64,000 bases of DNA. It comes from Euprymna scolopes (taxonomy: Eukaryota). A program made the translations under genes and the position numbers. The number at the start of each line of letters is the position of its first letter. Within the stretch, counting starts at the first letter, position 1. Of this stretch, positions 21,984 to 35,737 are shown one piece after another. Below the pieces are notes generated by a model. It was not told where the DNA came from. It searched no databases and saw only the letters and a program-made list of their open reading frames with translations. The stretch is from assembly GCA_053919585.1 (NCBI GenBank), contig CM132792.1, one strand, 5' to 3'.

Positions 21984-22379
21984 TATACATGCATGTTTTC
22001 TTACCTTATAATACAATGTTGGGAAGAAGAAAGAATTCCAAATAGATGTGTAATTTCTTATTTTTTCTTGAACTCAGATTCACCTGGGTTAGTTAAACTG
22101 GTTCCTTCAAATGCATTTACTGCATCTTACACAAAAGCTGACCAAGGTTGGCAATCCATTGTTGGCAATAATTTTTTAACACTTTCAACAGCCTGTCACA
22201 GTTCCAATGGCGAATACCATAGATTGACAAACTTGGAATCAGTTCAGTATCTTGCTGACCTGTTCTAAGCCACTTTTTAAGCTGGCTGCTGCATCATTCA
22301 TCAAACCTTAAGGAGGAACCGGTTGATGGCTTCTCTAATGGAGGCTTCTCTTGCTGAAAGTGGTGGGTGTGACCAGCTC

Positions 22380-23860
22380 AATGAAGGTGATTATGTGGCA
22401 CTACGTTCAGACTGACATCAGTCAGTCAGGACACACACAGGATGCGACACACACAGCAATGACGTGTGATGCAAGCATCATCACTGCGTACAAGAATAAG
22501 TGTTACCATGGTGACTGCAATAACTACTGTGGAATTTTTCTCCTTAGTTTTATTGGAAAAATCTTTGGTTGAATCGTCCCCAACAGCCTGCAGTTGCTTA
22601 CAGAGCATGTATATGTTAGTAACAATATGAGCTTATAACAAGAAGATCAACTGTCGACATTACTTTTGTTTTGCCTATGAGAGTTCCAGGACAAAATGTT
22701 ACAAACATAGGCAATTGCTGTACATCACCTTCATCGACCTGACTAAAGCCTTTGACCTTATCACCAGAAAATGACATTTCATTTGTTCAAGAGAATTGCA
22801 TGTTACTTCAGACTCCTAAATGTATCACATTTATTCATAAGGACATGCAGTACAATACGATGACTCTTTTAAAAACCCTTTCCCAATCAAGAGTGAAACA
22901 GGGTTGTACAATTGCTTCAACAGTCTTTAGCATCTTCTTTTTTCTGCTGTTTTCCTACACATTCAACAAGTCAGAGGATGGAGTGAATCTCCATACCAGA
23001 GACAGTGGCAGAATTTTCAACCTTGGTCACGTTTTAACTAAGAACAAAATGCATGACGTGAAATATATGTGAGATGCTCTTTGCTGATGATGCAGCGCTG
23101 ATGAGACACTCTGCTGAATCATTGCAGTGACTCATCCATTGCTTTGTGCATGCATGTAAAAGACTAACATCTTTGACCAATATGTATGCATTAACCTAAA
23201 CATCAATATTGAGGCCGTCAAAAAATGTACATACATCGGCTCCAATGTATCCAGGAATATCTCTCTGGACGAAGAAATCACCAAACATTTAAGCAAATTA
23301 GCAACAAATATGGCTAGCTTGATAAAGAGTGTCTCAAACAACAATATGCAAATCAACAATACTCAGCAAACAGCTCTAGCAGGACAACATCTCAAAGAAA
23401 ATCATCTTTGATCAGGCAAATAACCCGTGCATGTTTGCTCTGCTTACCTAACAACGACTTTGGCAGCTTTGCTGTGCCAGGCAAAAAGATACTGAGAAGA
23501 GCCGAAAGGATCTTCTTTATAGTGAGATCATATTAGATCAGTAGGAAATCATGTCATACGCTATAAGGATGTTTGTAAGCAAGACATAAGGGTAGTTGGC
23601 ATCGACCCAGCAGGCTGGGAGTTTGCAGCTGCTGAAGAAGAGCTGTAAAGACACGTTCCAAGAGGAGTGAAAAGAGGAGAGACCAGCAGAGGAGAGAGAA
23701 CACATATTGCACAGATTGCAACTCTTACATCTGTTGCGTCTGTAACTCAGCCTGTCAATCCAAGATAGGCTTGCATGTTTCAGAAGATGCTGCAATTTAC
23801 CAACAGACGAATCTGAGGTGCAGAACACCATTGTCTTCTGAAACAGATGGATGCAAACAA
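22380..23860 (+). mobile_element. RTE LINE relic, unit 1; homologues ~36130-37610, 49150-50440, 63300-64000
   Basis: DASIITAYKNKCYHGDCNNYCGIFLLSFIGKIF, FIDLTKAFDL, RVKQGCTIASTVF, MLFADD. Confidence 0.85.
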
Positions 23861-24479
23861 AAATGCTCGATGATGTTCTGTCATGTCCGTCCATCAAGAC
23901 AAGGTTGGGAATATGGACATGACCTTATCAATTGTGAAAAACGCGGAAGTTACAAATTTAGTTCGATTTAGAGATGAGTCTAAAAAATGTGATTAAAACA
24001 AGAAATAACGATGCAGAAGAGCAACAGATTCAACTCATTTATTTAGATATTAAATTATATTCCTCACATGTTGAACTTGATGTTAATTCAACTCATTAAA
24101 GATGTGGAGGGTGTTGAAGTCTTTGCTGACAATTCATATATTTCCCATTTCCAAAACTATGTAATGTGTAATGCTGCTTTGTGGTAGATATTAATATTAT
24201 GTGGATAGTGCAGCATCAGTAGGATTGAGAAATAGAAAATCTACAAAGCAAAAATAAAAATCTGAATAAGACAGCAAAAAACAAAACAACAAAAAAAACG
24301 ATAATTAGTTAAACAGAATGTCGATAGGAAAGCAAAAACTGTTATGTAGTATAGTTAGTGAATCGGTGAGGACATTGATATGTCTGCCTGACCTGGTAGA
24401 CTGTGTTGGTTTAGGTGAGACGCCGTTGCTGAAATAAACTGTATGCGTAGGCTACGTTGGTTTCTGACTTGTGGTATCG

Positions 24480-25360
24480 TCGTGGGCTTTGTGTAACGTG
24501 TCTGAAGAATACCGTGCACTCCGTCATTCTGGATAATTACATGAGTCCATGTGTTAATATTCTGGGGAACATGAGTAGTGACATTTTTGTGGTCTGGCTT
24601 TAATATTCAGAAGTTTTGCCATTTATTCCTTCACGCGAGAGGTGTAGCTCATTGGGTATGGCATCTGCTCTGGTGTAGCTGGTGTGTCCATCTCTCTGGG
24701 TAAGGTCAGTGAGGTTCCGTAAACCATTTCGTTGGAAGACAAGCTGATGTCCATTTTAACAATCGATTGAATACCGAGAAGCACAAAAGGCAGGCATTCT
24801 ATCCATCTGATGGGGTCAGAGTATGCTTTAAGACATGCCTTTAACTGTCGATGCAAGGTGCTAAATCATGCCGTTTGCTGTTGGGTGATAAGACATAGTG
24901 CATATGTTTCTGCATCCAAGCAGGCGGGACAGCTCGAAAAAAAGATGTGAGTCAAATTGTCAGTTGTAATGGTATTAGGTATGCCATAACGGGATATCCA
25001 ATGTATAATGAGTGCTTTGGTGACAGTTTAAGCAGAAATATCTCTAATCGGGAATGGCTTCAGGCCATCTCGAATACCTGGTGGATGTGGACCCATTATG
25101 TCTATGTGGATATGCTGAAAACGAGCCTTGGGGGTTAAAAACGTTGCAGGAGGACTCTAAATGTGACATTGAATCTTGGACTTCTGGCAAGGAAGACAAC
25201 GCCGTGTCCATTCTCGTATATCTCGATTGATGGCAGTCCATACATAACGTGACATCACCAATTTCTTAGTCAAATGGACGCCAGGATGTGACAGACTCTG
25301 CAGCTTTGTAAACACAACTCGCTTATGCTTGAGGGGCACATATGGACGCTCGTGACCATA
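24480..25360 (-). mobile_element. Gypsy integrase relic, minus strand, unit 1; homologues ~38400-38830 (internally deleted) and 52200-53090
   Basis: LSHPGVHLTKKLVMSRYVWTAINRDIREWTRRCLPCQKSK (integrase Zn-binding domain) and HRQLKACL...WIECLPFVLLGI...EMVYGTSLTLP (integrase core C-terminal part). Confidence 0.88.
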
Positions 25361-26040
25361 TCACTTCATTGGAGAAACGTAAAGAAAATTGCTTGAACAT
25401 TAGGTTTAGCGATCCTGTTGCAGTTTCAAATCACTACCTCTATTTTTAATTCCCCCCCCCCTTTTCATCATCGATTTCGCTACACATGTCGGAATTCAAA
25501 TATATCAAACAAAACGCCAATAATTCAGGCAATTGACTTTTTACTTTTTAGACGACTGATGCTACCAGTCACGTTGACCGAATCTTCCAGCCAAAGGATT
25601 TCCAGCAGTGGCAGCCGTCTTAGCAGCAGGTCAAACATCTCTTATAAGGTCTAAACAACCAGCACTTATCAAGGCTAATAAGTTTTTCACTAATGCGATT
25701 CACTACTGCTTGCCTTCTGAGACCCACCAGCAGCAAACTTCACTTTCACCTCTGGCCTGCAACCTCGCTCCTCCGATCTGCAACCTCGCATGCACCTGGT
25801 TCCCTACTGACCATTCGTTCCTTATCACTGACCCTACGTCCTCACTGTCGTCCATTCCTTAACACTGACCCCACATTCTCAGTGTCCACTGACCATTCAA
25901 GATCGCCCTGACGGCCAGCCGATCGTCCAGACCCAGCGAGAAACCCTAAACCAGAGTACCTGGTCCAGCCCTCCAGACCAAGCCTCCGGTAACATGCGAC
26001 CTTCCGGACAACTAGCATCCAGCTCATACAATTTTTCGCA

Positions 26041-26229
26041 TTTTTTTTTTTTTTTACCACTTATCAAGACTAAGAGGCCACTCGAGGATAACGGTTAAAA
26101 AGTGTACAGTAGAAATTGGACAATATAGTAATCGTTAGTAAATGGAAATTCTGTAAATTTGTTAACAAGTGAAACGGCTAATCAGGAACTTGTTTACGTT
26201 AGACTTGAAGACAATCATATTGTAGTCAG
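26041..26229 (-). mobile_element. Short antisense 3' end of the CR1-like LINE (also ~39508-39696, 53852-54041)
   Basis: Poly(T) followed by the reverse complement of ~8840-9015. Confidence 0.88.
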
Positions 26230-26434
26230 ATTTCTTCGCAAATAAAAGGCGAACCTTCGCCTTTAACCAAACAACCTGTGTCGGTCATTCTTCTTGCCTT
26301 TTTGCTGTTTACTTTTGCCCGTGTCTACATTGTTAGTTGTAGGGTCGATTGTCCCAGTATAACCGGCCCCGCAGCAATCCAATTCTTTGCATCCTATTGA
26401 TTTCGCTCAAACTCCTTAAGCGCCGCGCTATTTG

Positions 26435-26468
<34 letters not shown>

Positions 26469-28256
26469 CACTAGCATTTTCTTCCAATAATAAACTTTTA
26501 GCTTAATTGAGTTTATCTCTATTTTTATCACAAGTATTTTTATATCTTTCAATAAATCAGTTTTAGTTGGATCGAGTTTATAGATTTGAAAATTGTAAAA
26601 TTCTTTATTTTTACTTAAATTTTACTTGAATTGTGAATCATTAATTAATTTAAATTTAACTCGTTTAATATCGTTTAATATATATAATTTAGCCTTTTCA
26701 TCGAATTAGTAACTAAAATAATATTTTGAATTATGATGCGAGATGAATTACTTCCCTTTAACCGTTTCTTTAAGTTATTTTAAATAATTTAACTCGACTC
26801 TTTTTTTTTTTAATGGCGAAGTCGGTATTTCATGTTTTCAGCGTTAAGTGCTGACATAAAATAAAAAGAATAATTTTTTTGTCACTTGATAATGATGTAT
26901 ATATCGGCAAAAGTATGGGCTGAAATCAAATATTAATAATAAATAATATTACATTATATATTATATTCACACATAATCGGGCCAGAAATCTTCAACTCGC
27001 ATAAGGCCTGGAGGTGGAATCAGCTGAGTTTGAATGAGGGTTAATCAACAAATTTATCGAATATGTAATAAATGTTTTAATCGTTTAACCTTAGCTTAAA
27101 ATGCCAAGAAAAGTTGAGAAACTCGGCACCCGACATAAACATGTATTCTAGCTAGTATCGATTGATCGATCGATGCCTCCGTTCAGTCTCAAGAGACAAT
27201 GGACACCCCTATAAGGTAGCTGCGCATGGAATTGGGAGGCAAGGGCTACGCAATCTCAAGAGTGACGGGAACAATGGCGAGAAAGCGAAGAACACACACA
27301 GCATCTGGAAATGCTAAATGGTCAATCACAATTATGAAACGGATTTGAATCAAAATTGATATAAGGATTCTAGACGTAAATGTTCAGTTGCATTATATAA
27401 TCATTTTTTATCTTCGTAAGGGACCATACATAACTTGACTTCACGGAATAAAAACAGAGCCAATCCAAGACAGCAGAGCGAGTAAATACACTGGCTCAAT
27501 ATCACTCCAGATAGATTTTTATGAACAAAATTGGATTATCTTAAAACTTTACTTCAATTTCAAAGTCGAATATCATGGATGAAAAAAGTCACGTTTAAAA
27601 CATTTTCAATCCACGTAACGTAAAAACCACTCCACGAGCTGACGCCGTGCTAAATAAATTGAATAATAATTTTTAAAAAAAAAGCGTTATAATTCAATTC
27701 TGGTTTGTTTGAGCTTACATTCAAATGTATACAGACGTGTGGAATGAAATACAAACCTGACGTTCGGATCAACTGTGAAACTGCAGCAAAGCTAAGAAGC
27801 ATTTAATCTTTAAAAATATTTTAGCAAATTATTAATTTAAAATCAAATATCTATTCTGTTTCTATTCTCGGCCAAAGAAGGAAATATTCTTCTAGATTAA
27901 GAAATTTAGTCCCTTTTTCTAAGTTGAATTTTTCCCTACAATAAAACACATTCCATTTTTAACTGCTTTGATCGCAAGGCAAGTATATACTACTATGCAA
28001 GCATTCGATTTTTTCGACGGATTTTGTTTAATATGTATTGATTGTAAATTTTGGAAATAAGTTATATTTTTTGATTAATCATGCGTTTTTTAAAGCTTTC
28101 TTCACCATTTTTTAAAAAATTTCTTCGTCTCTCTTTATCCCCCCTCTCTCTCTTTCTCATATTCCTATCTCTAGCTTCTCTCTTCTCCCTCTCTTGCTTT
28201 CTGTTCCTTTTCCCTCTTTCTCCTTTTTCGACGCGCTATTCGTTTTAACCACATTA

Positions 28257-28833
28257 CGTCCAAGGATGGAATACTGTTGCCACATCTGACAGGAGCTGCT
28301 AGAAAGGACTTGGCCTGCCTTGATAGAGTTCAAAATAGACTTCGTAGCCTCGTAGGAGATGTCCTTTTCTCTTCCTTGGAACCTCTATCTCACAGAAGAG
28401 ATGTTGCGAGTTTGTCTCTGATGTATCGTTATTTTCATGGAAAGTGTTCGACTGAGCTTCAATCTATGGTCCCCCCTCGCCAAACTTTCACAAGAAACAC
28501 TCGTCTAGCTGTAAACACTATCAATAATTCCCCCCACTCTTTATCTGTGCCTAAACCTAAACGTAGATTCCATGAACAAAGCTTCTTTCTTAGAACTGCA
28601 CGCCTGTGGAATTGTCTTCCGTTTTCCTGCTTTCCGGCTGACTACAATATGGTTGTCTTCAAGTCTAACGTAAATAAGTTCTTGATGAGCCGTTCCATAT
28701 AAGTTATAAAATCTACCAAAATTTCATTACTAATGATTACTATATTGTCCAATTTCTAATGTACACTCTTTAACCCTTATCCTTGAGTGGCCTCTTGGCC
28801 TTGATAATGTGGTGATGCCTATGTAAAAAAAAA
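28257..28833 (+). mobile_element. 5'-truncated CR1-like LINE (577 bp) inserted ~450 bp upstream of HMG copy 2
   Basis: Matches 8469-9039, poly(A) end, atta duplicated at 28253-28256 and 28834-28837. Empty site in copies 1 and 4. Confidence 0.93.
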
Positions 28834-29281
28834 ATTATCTCTAATTCCTTCATCCTCCTCTTCCTCACCACTCTCCTCCTACTCCTCTCTCTCTCTCTCT
28901 CTTTCTCTTTCGCCTTTTTCTTTCTCCTCCTCCTCATTCTCATATCATAAAAACCTGTTTCCTCTTCTCAATTTTCTCCTTTCTCCCCCCTCCTCCTACT
29001 TTCTCTCTTCACTTCTCTCTCACTCTCTTGACCACTCTCTTTGTTAATCATTTACGGCATTCGCTTCCTCCCACTACTTCTCTTATCATTAGCTGTTTTT
29101 ATTCGAGACGCCAAGTCATTTTCTGTTTGAGACGCTACCCAAAAGATACACGCTACCATAACAAGTAAACAAGATCCACAGTGATTAACTTTTATTTTAA
29201 TTAATAAGTGAGAAAAGATCTTTTTGGGCTATTCTTTCGCAAAAAAGTTAAAAAAAAAAAAAAAAAAAAAATTCTTTCAAA

Positions 29282-30520
29282 ATGGACGCTCCAAAGATCC
29301 AGAAAAATAAGGATCAGGTTAGAAAAAAGAAAGATGTTAAAATGAACGCTTCACGCGTCCAGAAAAAAAATGGTCGTGTTAAAAAGCCCCTGAATGCTTA
29401 TTTCGTCTGGTGCAAACAGTTCAGAAAACAAATACGTGAACAAAATCCGACCATCACCATTATTGAAGCCAATGCCCTTCTCGGGAAAATATGGAGTGAA
29501 ATGTCAGCGGAACAGAAAAAACCTTACTTCAAAGAGGCAGAACTTATCAAGAAACAACACCAATTAGATTATCCCGATTTCGAGTTTAAGTCGAAACCAC
29601 GTGTTAAAAACCCCAACAGGTTCCATGCCTACCCCTATCAACAACATGTGGTGTATTACATACAAACGCTGCCAAGCAAAGATAGAATGCCTCAGGAATA
29701 TTTTCATGAATCCACTTTCTTTGAGGTAACAAACAAAGCGGTAACTCAAGAAAATTCTCCTCACGTGGTCGGTACAGATGAAAGCATCAGATCCACGTTT
29801 TCTGAAATGCCATCCGAGACACGCGAGAATCTTTCCAACAAGAACAGCGTATGTGTTCCGCTGCCAGAGACCGAACTCGACAAGGAGTCACGGGCATTCA
29901 GTAATGAACACCTATACAAAAGGCAGTCGAAATACAATCCCGTAATCATGACGGCTGGCCAAGACAACGATAGAGAGGTGATGGAATTTTCGTCTACTCA
30001 CTCCAAATCCGAGAGCATTTCTGAAACGCTTCCTCACGCACCTGAGCAAAACGGGGTTTATTTTCATCCTGAATGTTACGGTCATGAATGCAATAATAGT
30101 AAGTCACAAAATTTTACAGCTTTAACTTACTCGCAAGCTAAAAATAAACTAATGGAAAAGTTTCAATTCTTAGACGAGAATTCGCCTATAAATACACCAA
30201 TATGCAATGCAAATATTTTTCTTGGTGTTGAGAACGATAAAAATACGACGTTTTCTGAAGAAACTCTTGAAGAAGCCCAACATCTCACTTTTGTTGAAGA
30301 TTATATTATCAATGCAACACCAAATACCGAGGAACATATCAACCAATGCACCGAAATGTTCCCAAACTCTAAATCTGATATTTTGAACGATGACGATTTC
30401 GAATCCCTGAATTGCCTGGAAGATTTGGTCTCGACTTTCTGCTTAGGTGAAGATTTCCCATCTACAATGTTTTGGGACGAAGAAGGTATTAATTTGGAAG
30501 ACTTTGCAGAACTGTTGTGA
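29282..30520 (+). CDS. Sox-type HMG-box transcription factor, copy 2 (412 aa)
   Basis: Intact ORF nearly identical to copy 1, with an identical HMG box. Confidence 0.92.
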   Translation: MDAPKIQKNKDQVRKKKDVKMNASRVQKKNGRVKKPLNAYFVWCKQFRKQIREQNPTITIIEANALLGKIWSEMSAEQKKPYFKEAELIKKQHQLDYPDFEFKSKPRVKNPNRFHAYPYQQHVVYYIQTLPSKDRMPQEYFHESTFFEVTNKAVTQENSPHVVGTDESIRSTFSEMPSETRENLSNKNSVCVPLPETELDKESRAFSNEHLYKRQSKYNPVIMTAGQDNDREVMEFSSTHSKSESISETLPHAPEQNGVYFHPECYGHECNNSKSQNFTALTYSQAKNKLMEKFQFLDENSPINTPICNANIFLGVENDKNTTFSEETLEEAQHLTFVEDYIINATPNTEEHINQCTEMFPNSKSDILNDDDFESLNCLEDLVSTFCLGEDFPSTMFWDEEGINLEDFAELL

Positions 30521-31929
30521 TTTTGTATATCGATTGATAATGCAATCGATTAATTTGATCACATGATCGATGTTATCGTTTGATATCATGTGTATATATT
30601 TTTTATTGTTCAATTTGTTTAATGTTATTTATTGATTTTAATTTTTTTCATTAGTGATTTTAAAAAAAGTATGACTGTCAGGAATCTCGGATAACGAAAG
30701 ATAAACAGCTAAGCAAGCATACATCATATGCAAACATTTTACCAACGATCAAACATCATTTTTAGAGTATTGATTTATTTAACGAGCAGTTTTAACAAGT
30801 TTGTTGTTACAATAATAATAAACATAATCGGGTGTGTGTGTGTGTGTTAATTTAAAACGAAACGAAACCACCGACTATACATTAAACGTACAGAAACAGT
30901 AGATACATACGAAAGAAACACTTTATAAATTAGTTTCTCGTTATTTTGTTTATTAATTATTGAATTTCTTTTTTTAATAATTCTGTAAAATAAATTTTAT
31001 TTCAATAAAATGTTTCATGTAACGTTAAATTTGTTTGTTTATTTATTGCAAAATGTAAGTTTCATCCGACAAGGCCGGATTAAGCTTACAGAGAGACATT
31101 TTTTTTGTTTTCTGTCCTCGATGTTTTCACATGCGACAAATGTAAAATTTCCTGTGATTTTGAACTTTCTTGATTGAAGCAATTTCGTTCCGGTTCATTT
31201 AACTTTCCCATTTTTTCGTTTCAACAATGTTAAATTATTTTTATTCTTGATTATTAACTCTTTCGGAACACTTATCTATGGGCAGTTTTTATCCAACTTC
31301 AAATTTATTTATATACACTTTTTCTTATCACTTGAAATTTGGTGCATGTTGCCAGTGTGAGTGAGAAATGTTCAAACATTGCGCTCTACAATATAAGCAC
31401 AAATTTTATAACCTAATTCTAAACCTACCCTGTACCTTACTCTAAATTGCAGTCGTGGTTAGTGGTAAAAAATTGTTAACTACCCCAAAATGCAAGAATG
31501 GCATTTACATTGAATTCAGACTAAAATGACTCCAGTCAAGAAAGTTCAAAACGGTCAGATTCATTATGTAGCCTGAATCAAAATAAGAGGTCATTTAAGG
31601 AGACTGTGATATTTTGGTCACAGCTCGTTAAATAAGTCGCTATGATAAATAGAGATAAAAGATACCTTTGTAAACAGTACAATACCCACGGTGAACCCTA
31701 AGTACTGGGTGGGAAAGAGCAACTTCTTATTTAAATAATTTAAGTCATTTAAATAAGCAAGTTGCTCTGCCCCACCCTGTATAATGTTAACCAAGGTAAA
31801 CATCAAAACAACCAATGTCATTCATTGTTGGATCAAAATTTGTTATATATATATAACGTAATAATCAGTAATAAATATATAATTTCTCATATTTAATATT
31901 GATAATTATGTTTAGATAGGAAAAGGCTG

Positions 31930-32301
31930 TAGGCACCGCCAAAACTGTGGGGGCAGGTCAGTACTTTTTGACGGACCGTCTTTTTAAAAATCTACCAAAA
32001 ATCAGATAATTATCCGATCAATACGAAATTTTCAGCGATTATTAGGAGAAGAATGAACTTTATAACAGTGTACTTATTTTTCATAAACGATATTTATATA
32101 TATATTTTTTTTTTTTGCTTACAACCCCCCCCCCTTGTTTTGAAGTGGGAACAAATATGCTTAAAATAATCATCTGAAAATTCAGGGTTTTATCTTTCTA
32201 GAAAAAAAAAAGTTACTCAGAAATAATGGAGTTTAATAAATGTAATTTCGTTTTAAAAAACAACAACAACTTGATTTTTCGGCCATTTTTGGCGGTGCCT
32301 A
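31930..32301. mobile_element. Internally deleted (372 bp) copy of the same TIR element, unit 2
   Basis: Both TIRs intact; junction catctgaaaa|ttcagggtttt at ~32180. Confidence 0.8.
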
Positions 32302-33831
32302 GGCTAATGTCTTAAAGGGTAAATAAAATATTTACTTGGAAATGGTTGATGGATAAAAAGATAGATTTTAGAAAAATAAATCTGATTTCTTGATGTCATC
32401 CATTTGCAAGTAAATATATCTACTAAAAAAAGCACTTTAATTAATAATAAATATATAATTTCTCATATTTAAGAGAAAAAATTGTGGAAACCATAAAATG
32501 GCTTCTGTTCAAGTATATGTGTGTGCATCATGTCAAATCAAGTTGAAAAGAGGAAAGAAAATCAAGATGGCAGCGTTCACAACTTTTATAACTAGCGATA
32601 TCACAAACTGACTCAAAATCCCACTGCTCGACTGCATAAAATTAGGCTTCATAGAGAACGCAGACTGACGGTTGTATGAGAATCCTCGGAGAATGTTGTT
32701 ACTGAGTCACTTTGTTTTCTTGCTTTTTTTTTGCTTGTTTTTTTTTTTGTACTTTCGTTTTTGTTGTACAAGCTATTTTTGGCAAATTTTATGGACAAAT
32801 ATGACATGAGTTGATTCCTGAATTCGAAAGATTCCTTGCTGATCCCTCCGCTATTGAATGGTTTGAAAAAGCTAAACGTGTTACCAGGCTGTTCAACTTA
32901 TAAGAACCCATACCCAAAAGAGTCTCTCATCCAAATGCAGTTCACAAACAGAGTCTACACGATGTACAACCAACTCGGGAATGACATACATTATACAACG
33001 GGAGATGTGAAAATTGGTGGAAGAAGTGTGGGGGGTGGGGCTTAGGTTGCAGAGTATAAGGTGCCTGATAGCATCAGAGAAAAGTATGAGAAAAAAATAC
33101 TGGGGCCTCCTGATTCCTTTAATGGCGGTTGTCCAGTGCTGGACTACTATGAATTAAATGGCTCCATGGAAGCGTTCACTGTCAACGTAGAAGTGTGCGC
33201 ACAAACGCTAAGACAATGATGGTGATAAGGAGAGGATGTGTCACTTCTGAATTTTTGAAAGGCTTTTGTCTCTGTTGCGTCTGCACTAACATTTTTTGGA
33301 CTTCAGTTTAGTATGCAAGGATCCGGTGTGACTAAAAGATGGAGCAGGAGTTCTGGGCTTGCAGGTCTGGAAAGAAAACAACATCCTCCAACGGAAACAA
33401 GGAAATCAGATTCCGGAAATTCCCGGTGTGCTGACATGTCGGTGTGTGTTTTCCCTGTGTGGGAAACTTGTTTGTCATTTTTCTGTGTGTGGATGGTCAC
33501 AGTCAAGCGCCTGACGACTGCAGCAACCAAGGGATGGGAGGATGACATCAAACACCCCGATTTCTGTCACATATTATTGGAGATGCTGAGCAGGGTACAA
33601 GAGCAGGACCCTGTTCAAGGAGACTGGAGCAGGAGCAGCAGCAAGATTACAGTCTGGCTAGATGTGAGTTCCATAGCTACAGGAATGGCATAGAAGGCAA
33701 GCGGTAATGTCATCGAAGTACAATGTTGGCTGTGTCTGACCAATGATTCTAGGCATATAAATTTAGCTGAGCTTGACGTGATGCTCAGAGTGGGAGGAGC
33801 AACTGAGCCCTCGAATTGGTCAATCATTTGG

Positions 33832-34218
33832 TGTGTATGCAACGGTGGATTTCTGACACCCTGTCCAGGAAGGCATGGGTAAATACAAAGGCTGCTTGTG
33901 AGATGCTGGTTAGGCAACACTTATGAACCATGCAATCTAGTAAAAGAGTATGAATTGACCATGGTTGAATTGACCATGTGTGAATTGACCATGGATGTGA
34001 TGGATGTAAGAAGATCTTTTCACCAGATTACTGCTAAAGGAAGGAGGATCCACGTCACTTTAAAATTTTTATGACCAGCGATGCAATTGCAATCATCATT
34101 TGATGATAAAAGCGAATCAGATTCTGAGACAGTGAGCTATCACTTTGGTTTAAGCCAGCTCCATCAGAAAGTGAGTTAGATATTTGCAGCCTCCTGGGAC
34201 AGTCGGGACTCCCTGCTC

Positions 34219-34270
<52 letters not shown>

Positions 34271-35354
34271 TATCTACCTCCTTGCCAGATGTGTATGCAA
34301 CGGTGGATTTCTGACACCCTGTCCAGGAAGGCATGGGTAAATACAAAGGCTGCTTGTGAGATGCTGGTTAGGCAACAGTTATGACCCATGCAATCTAGTG
34401 AAAGAGTATGAATTGACCATGGTTGAATTGACCATGGATGTGATGGATGTAAGAAGACCTTTTCACCAGATTACTGCTAAAGGAAGGAGGATCCGTGCTT
34501 GAAAGATGTTCACTAGTGGAAGGAGGACTACACCAAGACCATGTAGTCAATCTCCATTATCAAAGCGGACATCCGGGTGTGAATGAACTCTGTACTTTGT
34601 CAGTTTAATTGACCCACAAGTGTCCAACGAGAATATGAAATCTGTTGTAAAACCCTGTGAAATCTGTCAGCTAATCGATCTGGCACCTGATCGCTGAATA
34701 ACATGGAAAGTAAATGCGAAAAGCAAAACTGAAGCAGACTGGCAGTGGATATAACTCACTACAACAGCAAAACTTTTTTGACGCTTGCGGTCCATCTAGG
34801 TTTGCATCTTACAATAAGAAAGTGTCTTCCTTGAACGAGGCTCACTAATGAAGATACTAATTGACAATTGCATTGCATTTGCTAGTGAGGAGTTCACGAG
34901 ATTTGTGGATAGTTGGATTGTGCATCTGTAGTTTTGACGTGCCTGTTCGGTGAGTGGGCACAGGATCATCGAACAAAACAACCGGCAAGACTGCTGGTAT
35001 AACTTCACCCAAACGATTACGTTTCACTTTCCACAGCACCAGCCAATGCATTGCACAGGTACCATGTAAGGAATTGTTTGGGTTAAAAACTTGCATGGCA
35101 GGTGTATGACAAGATATGTCATACACCTACAGATATATATGCATCACTGAGATATTCAGCTTGCGATTAGTGTGGGTTGTTGGTGTGCTCCGTCACTTTA
35201 AAGTTTTATGACCAGCGATGCAATTGCAATCATCATTTGATGATAAAAGCGAATCAGATTCTGAGACAGTGAGCTATCACTTTGGTTTAAGCCAGCTCCA
35301 TCAGAAAGTGAGTTAGATATTTGCAGCCTCCTGGGACAGTCGGGACTCCCTGCT

Positions 35355-35429
<75 letters not shown>

Positions 35430-35448
35430 TATCTACCTCCTTGCCAGA
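33832..35448 (+). repeat. Local tandem duplication in unit 2: short version (33832-34289) followed by long version (34290-35448)
   Basis: Both start tgtgtatgcaacggtgg and end (TA)n-cttatctacctccttgccaga. Confidence 0.9.
35358..35427. repeat. (TA)n microsatellite, followed ~250 bp later by (CA)n (~35678-35734); both recur with variable length in other units
   Basis: Directly visible. (TA)n also at ~26437, 34223, 39905, 48772, 62550; (CA)n at ~21950, 62856. Confidence 0.95.
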
Positions 35449-35675
35449 AGACTAGACACAAGATCAGTTGTGTTTTTGAGAAGTGCACTAGGATAAGCGT
35501 ACTCTGGCCTACAAAAAGTGAATGAGTTGCCCCATTGCTTAGCAATAGAGTAAGCCTTTCTCAAAGAGATGCAAAGCCTGAGAGATTAAACTTTCTAAGA
35601 CTAAACAGAGCCAGACCTCAGTAAGACAACAACAAGACTGTTGTAACACTGATTTATATGTTTAATCTATTATAG

Positions 35676-35737
<62 letters not shown>

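Noticed and set aside
13786-26834. The whole 13.5-kb unit as one giant transposon (Maverick/Helitron) carrying the HMG gene
   Set aside because: No unit-bounding TIRs, LTRs or TSDs and no intact transposition genes; contents are a patchwork of unrelated relics, consistent with tandem segmental duplication.
28277-28702. 141-aa ORF repeated upstream of copies 2 and 3 (41767-42192) as a partner gene
   Set aside because: It is the C-terminus of the CR1-like ORF2 in a 5'-truncated insertion, with no ATG start.
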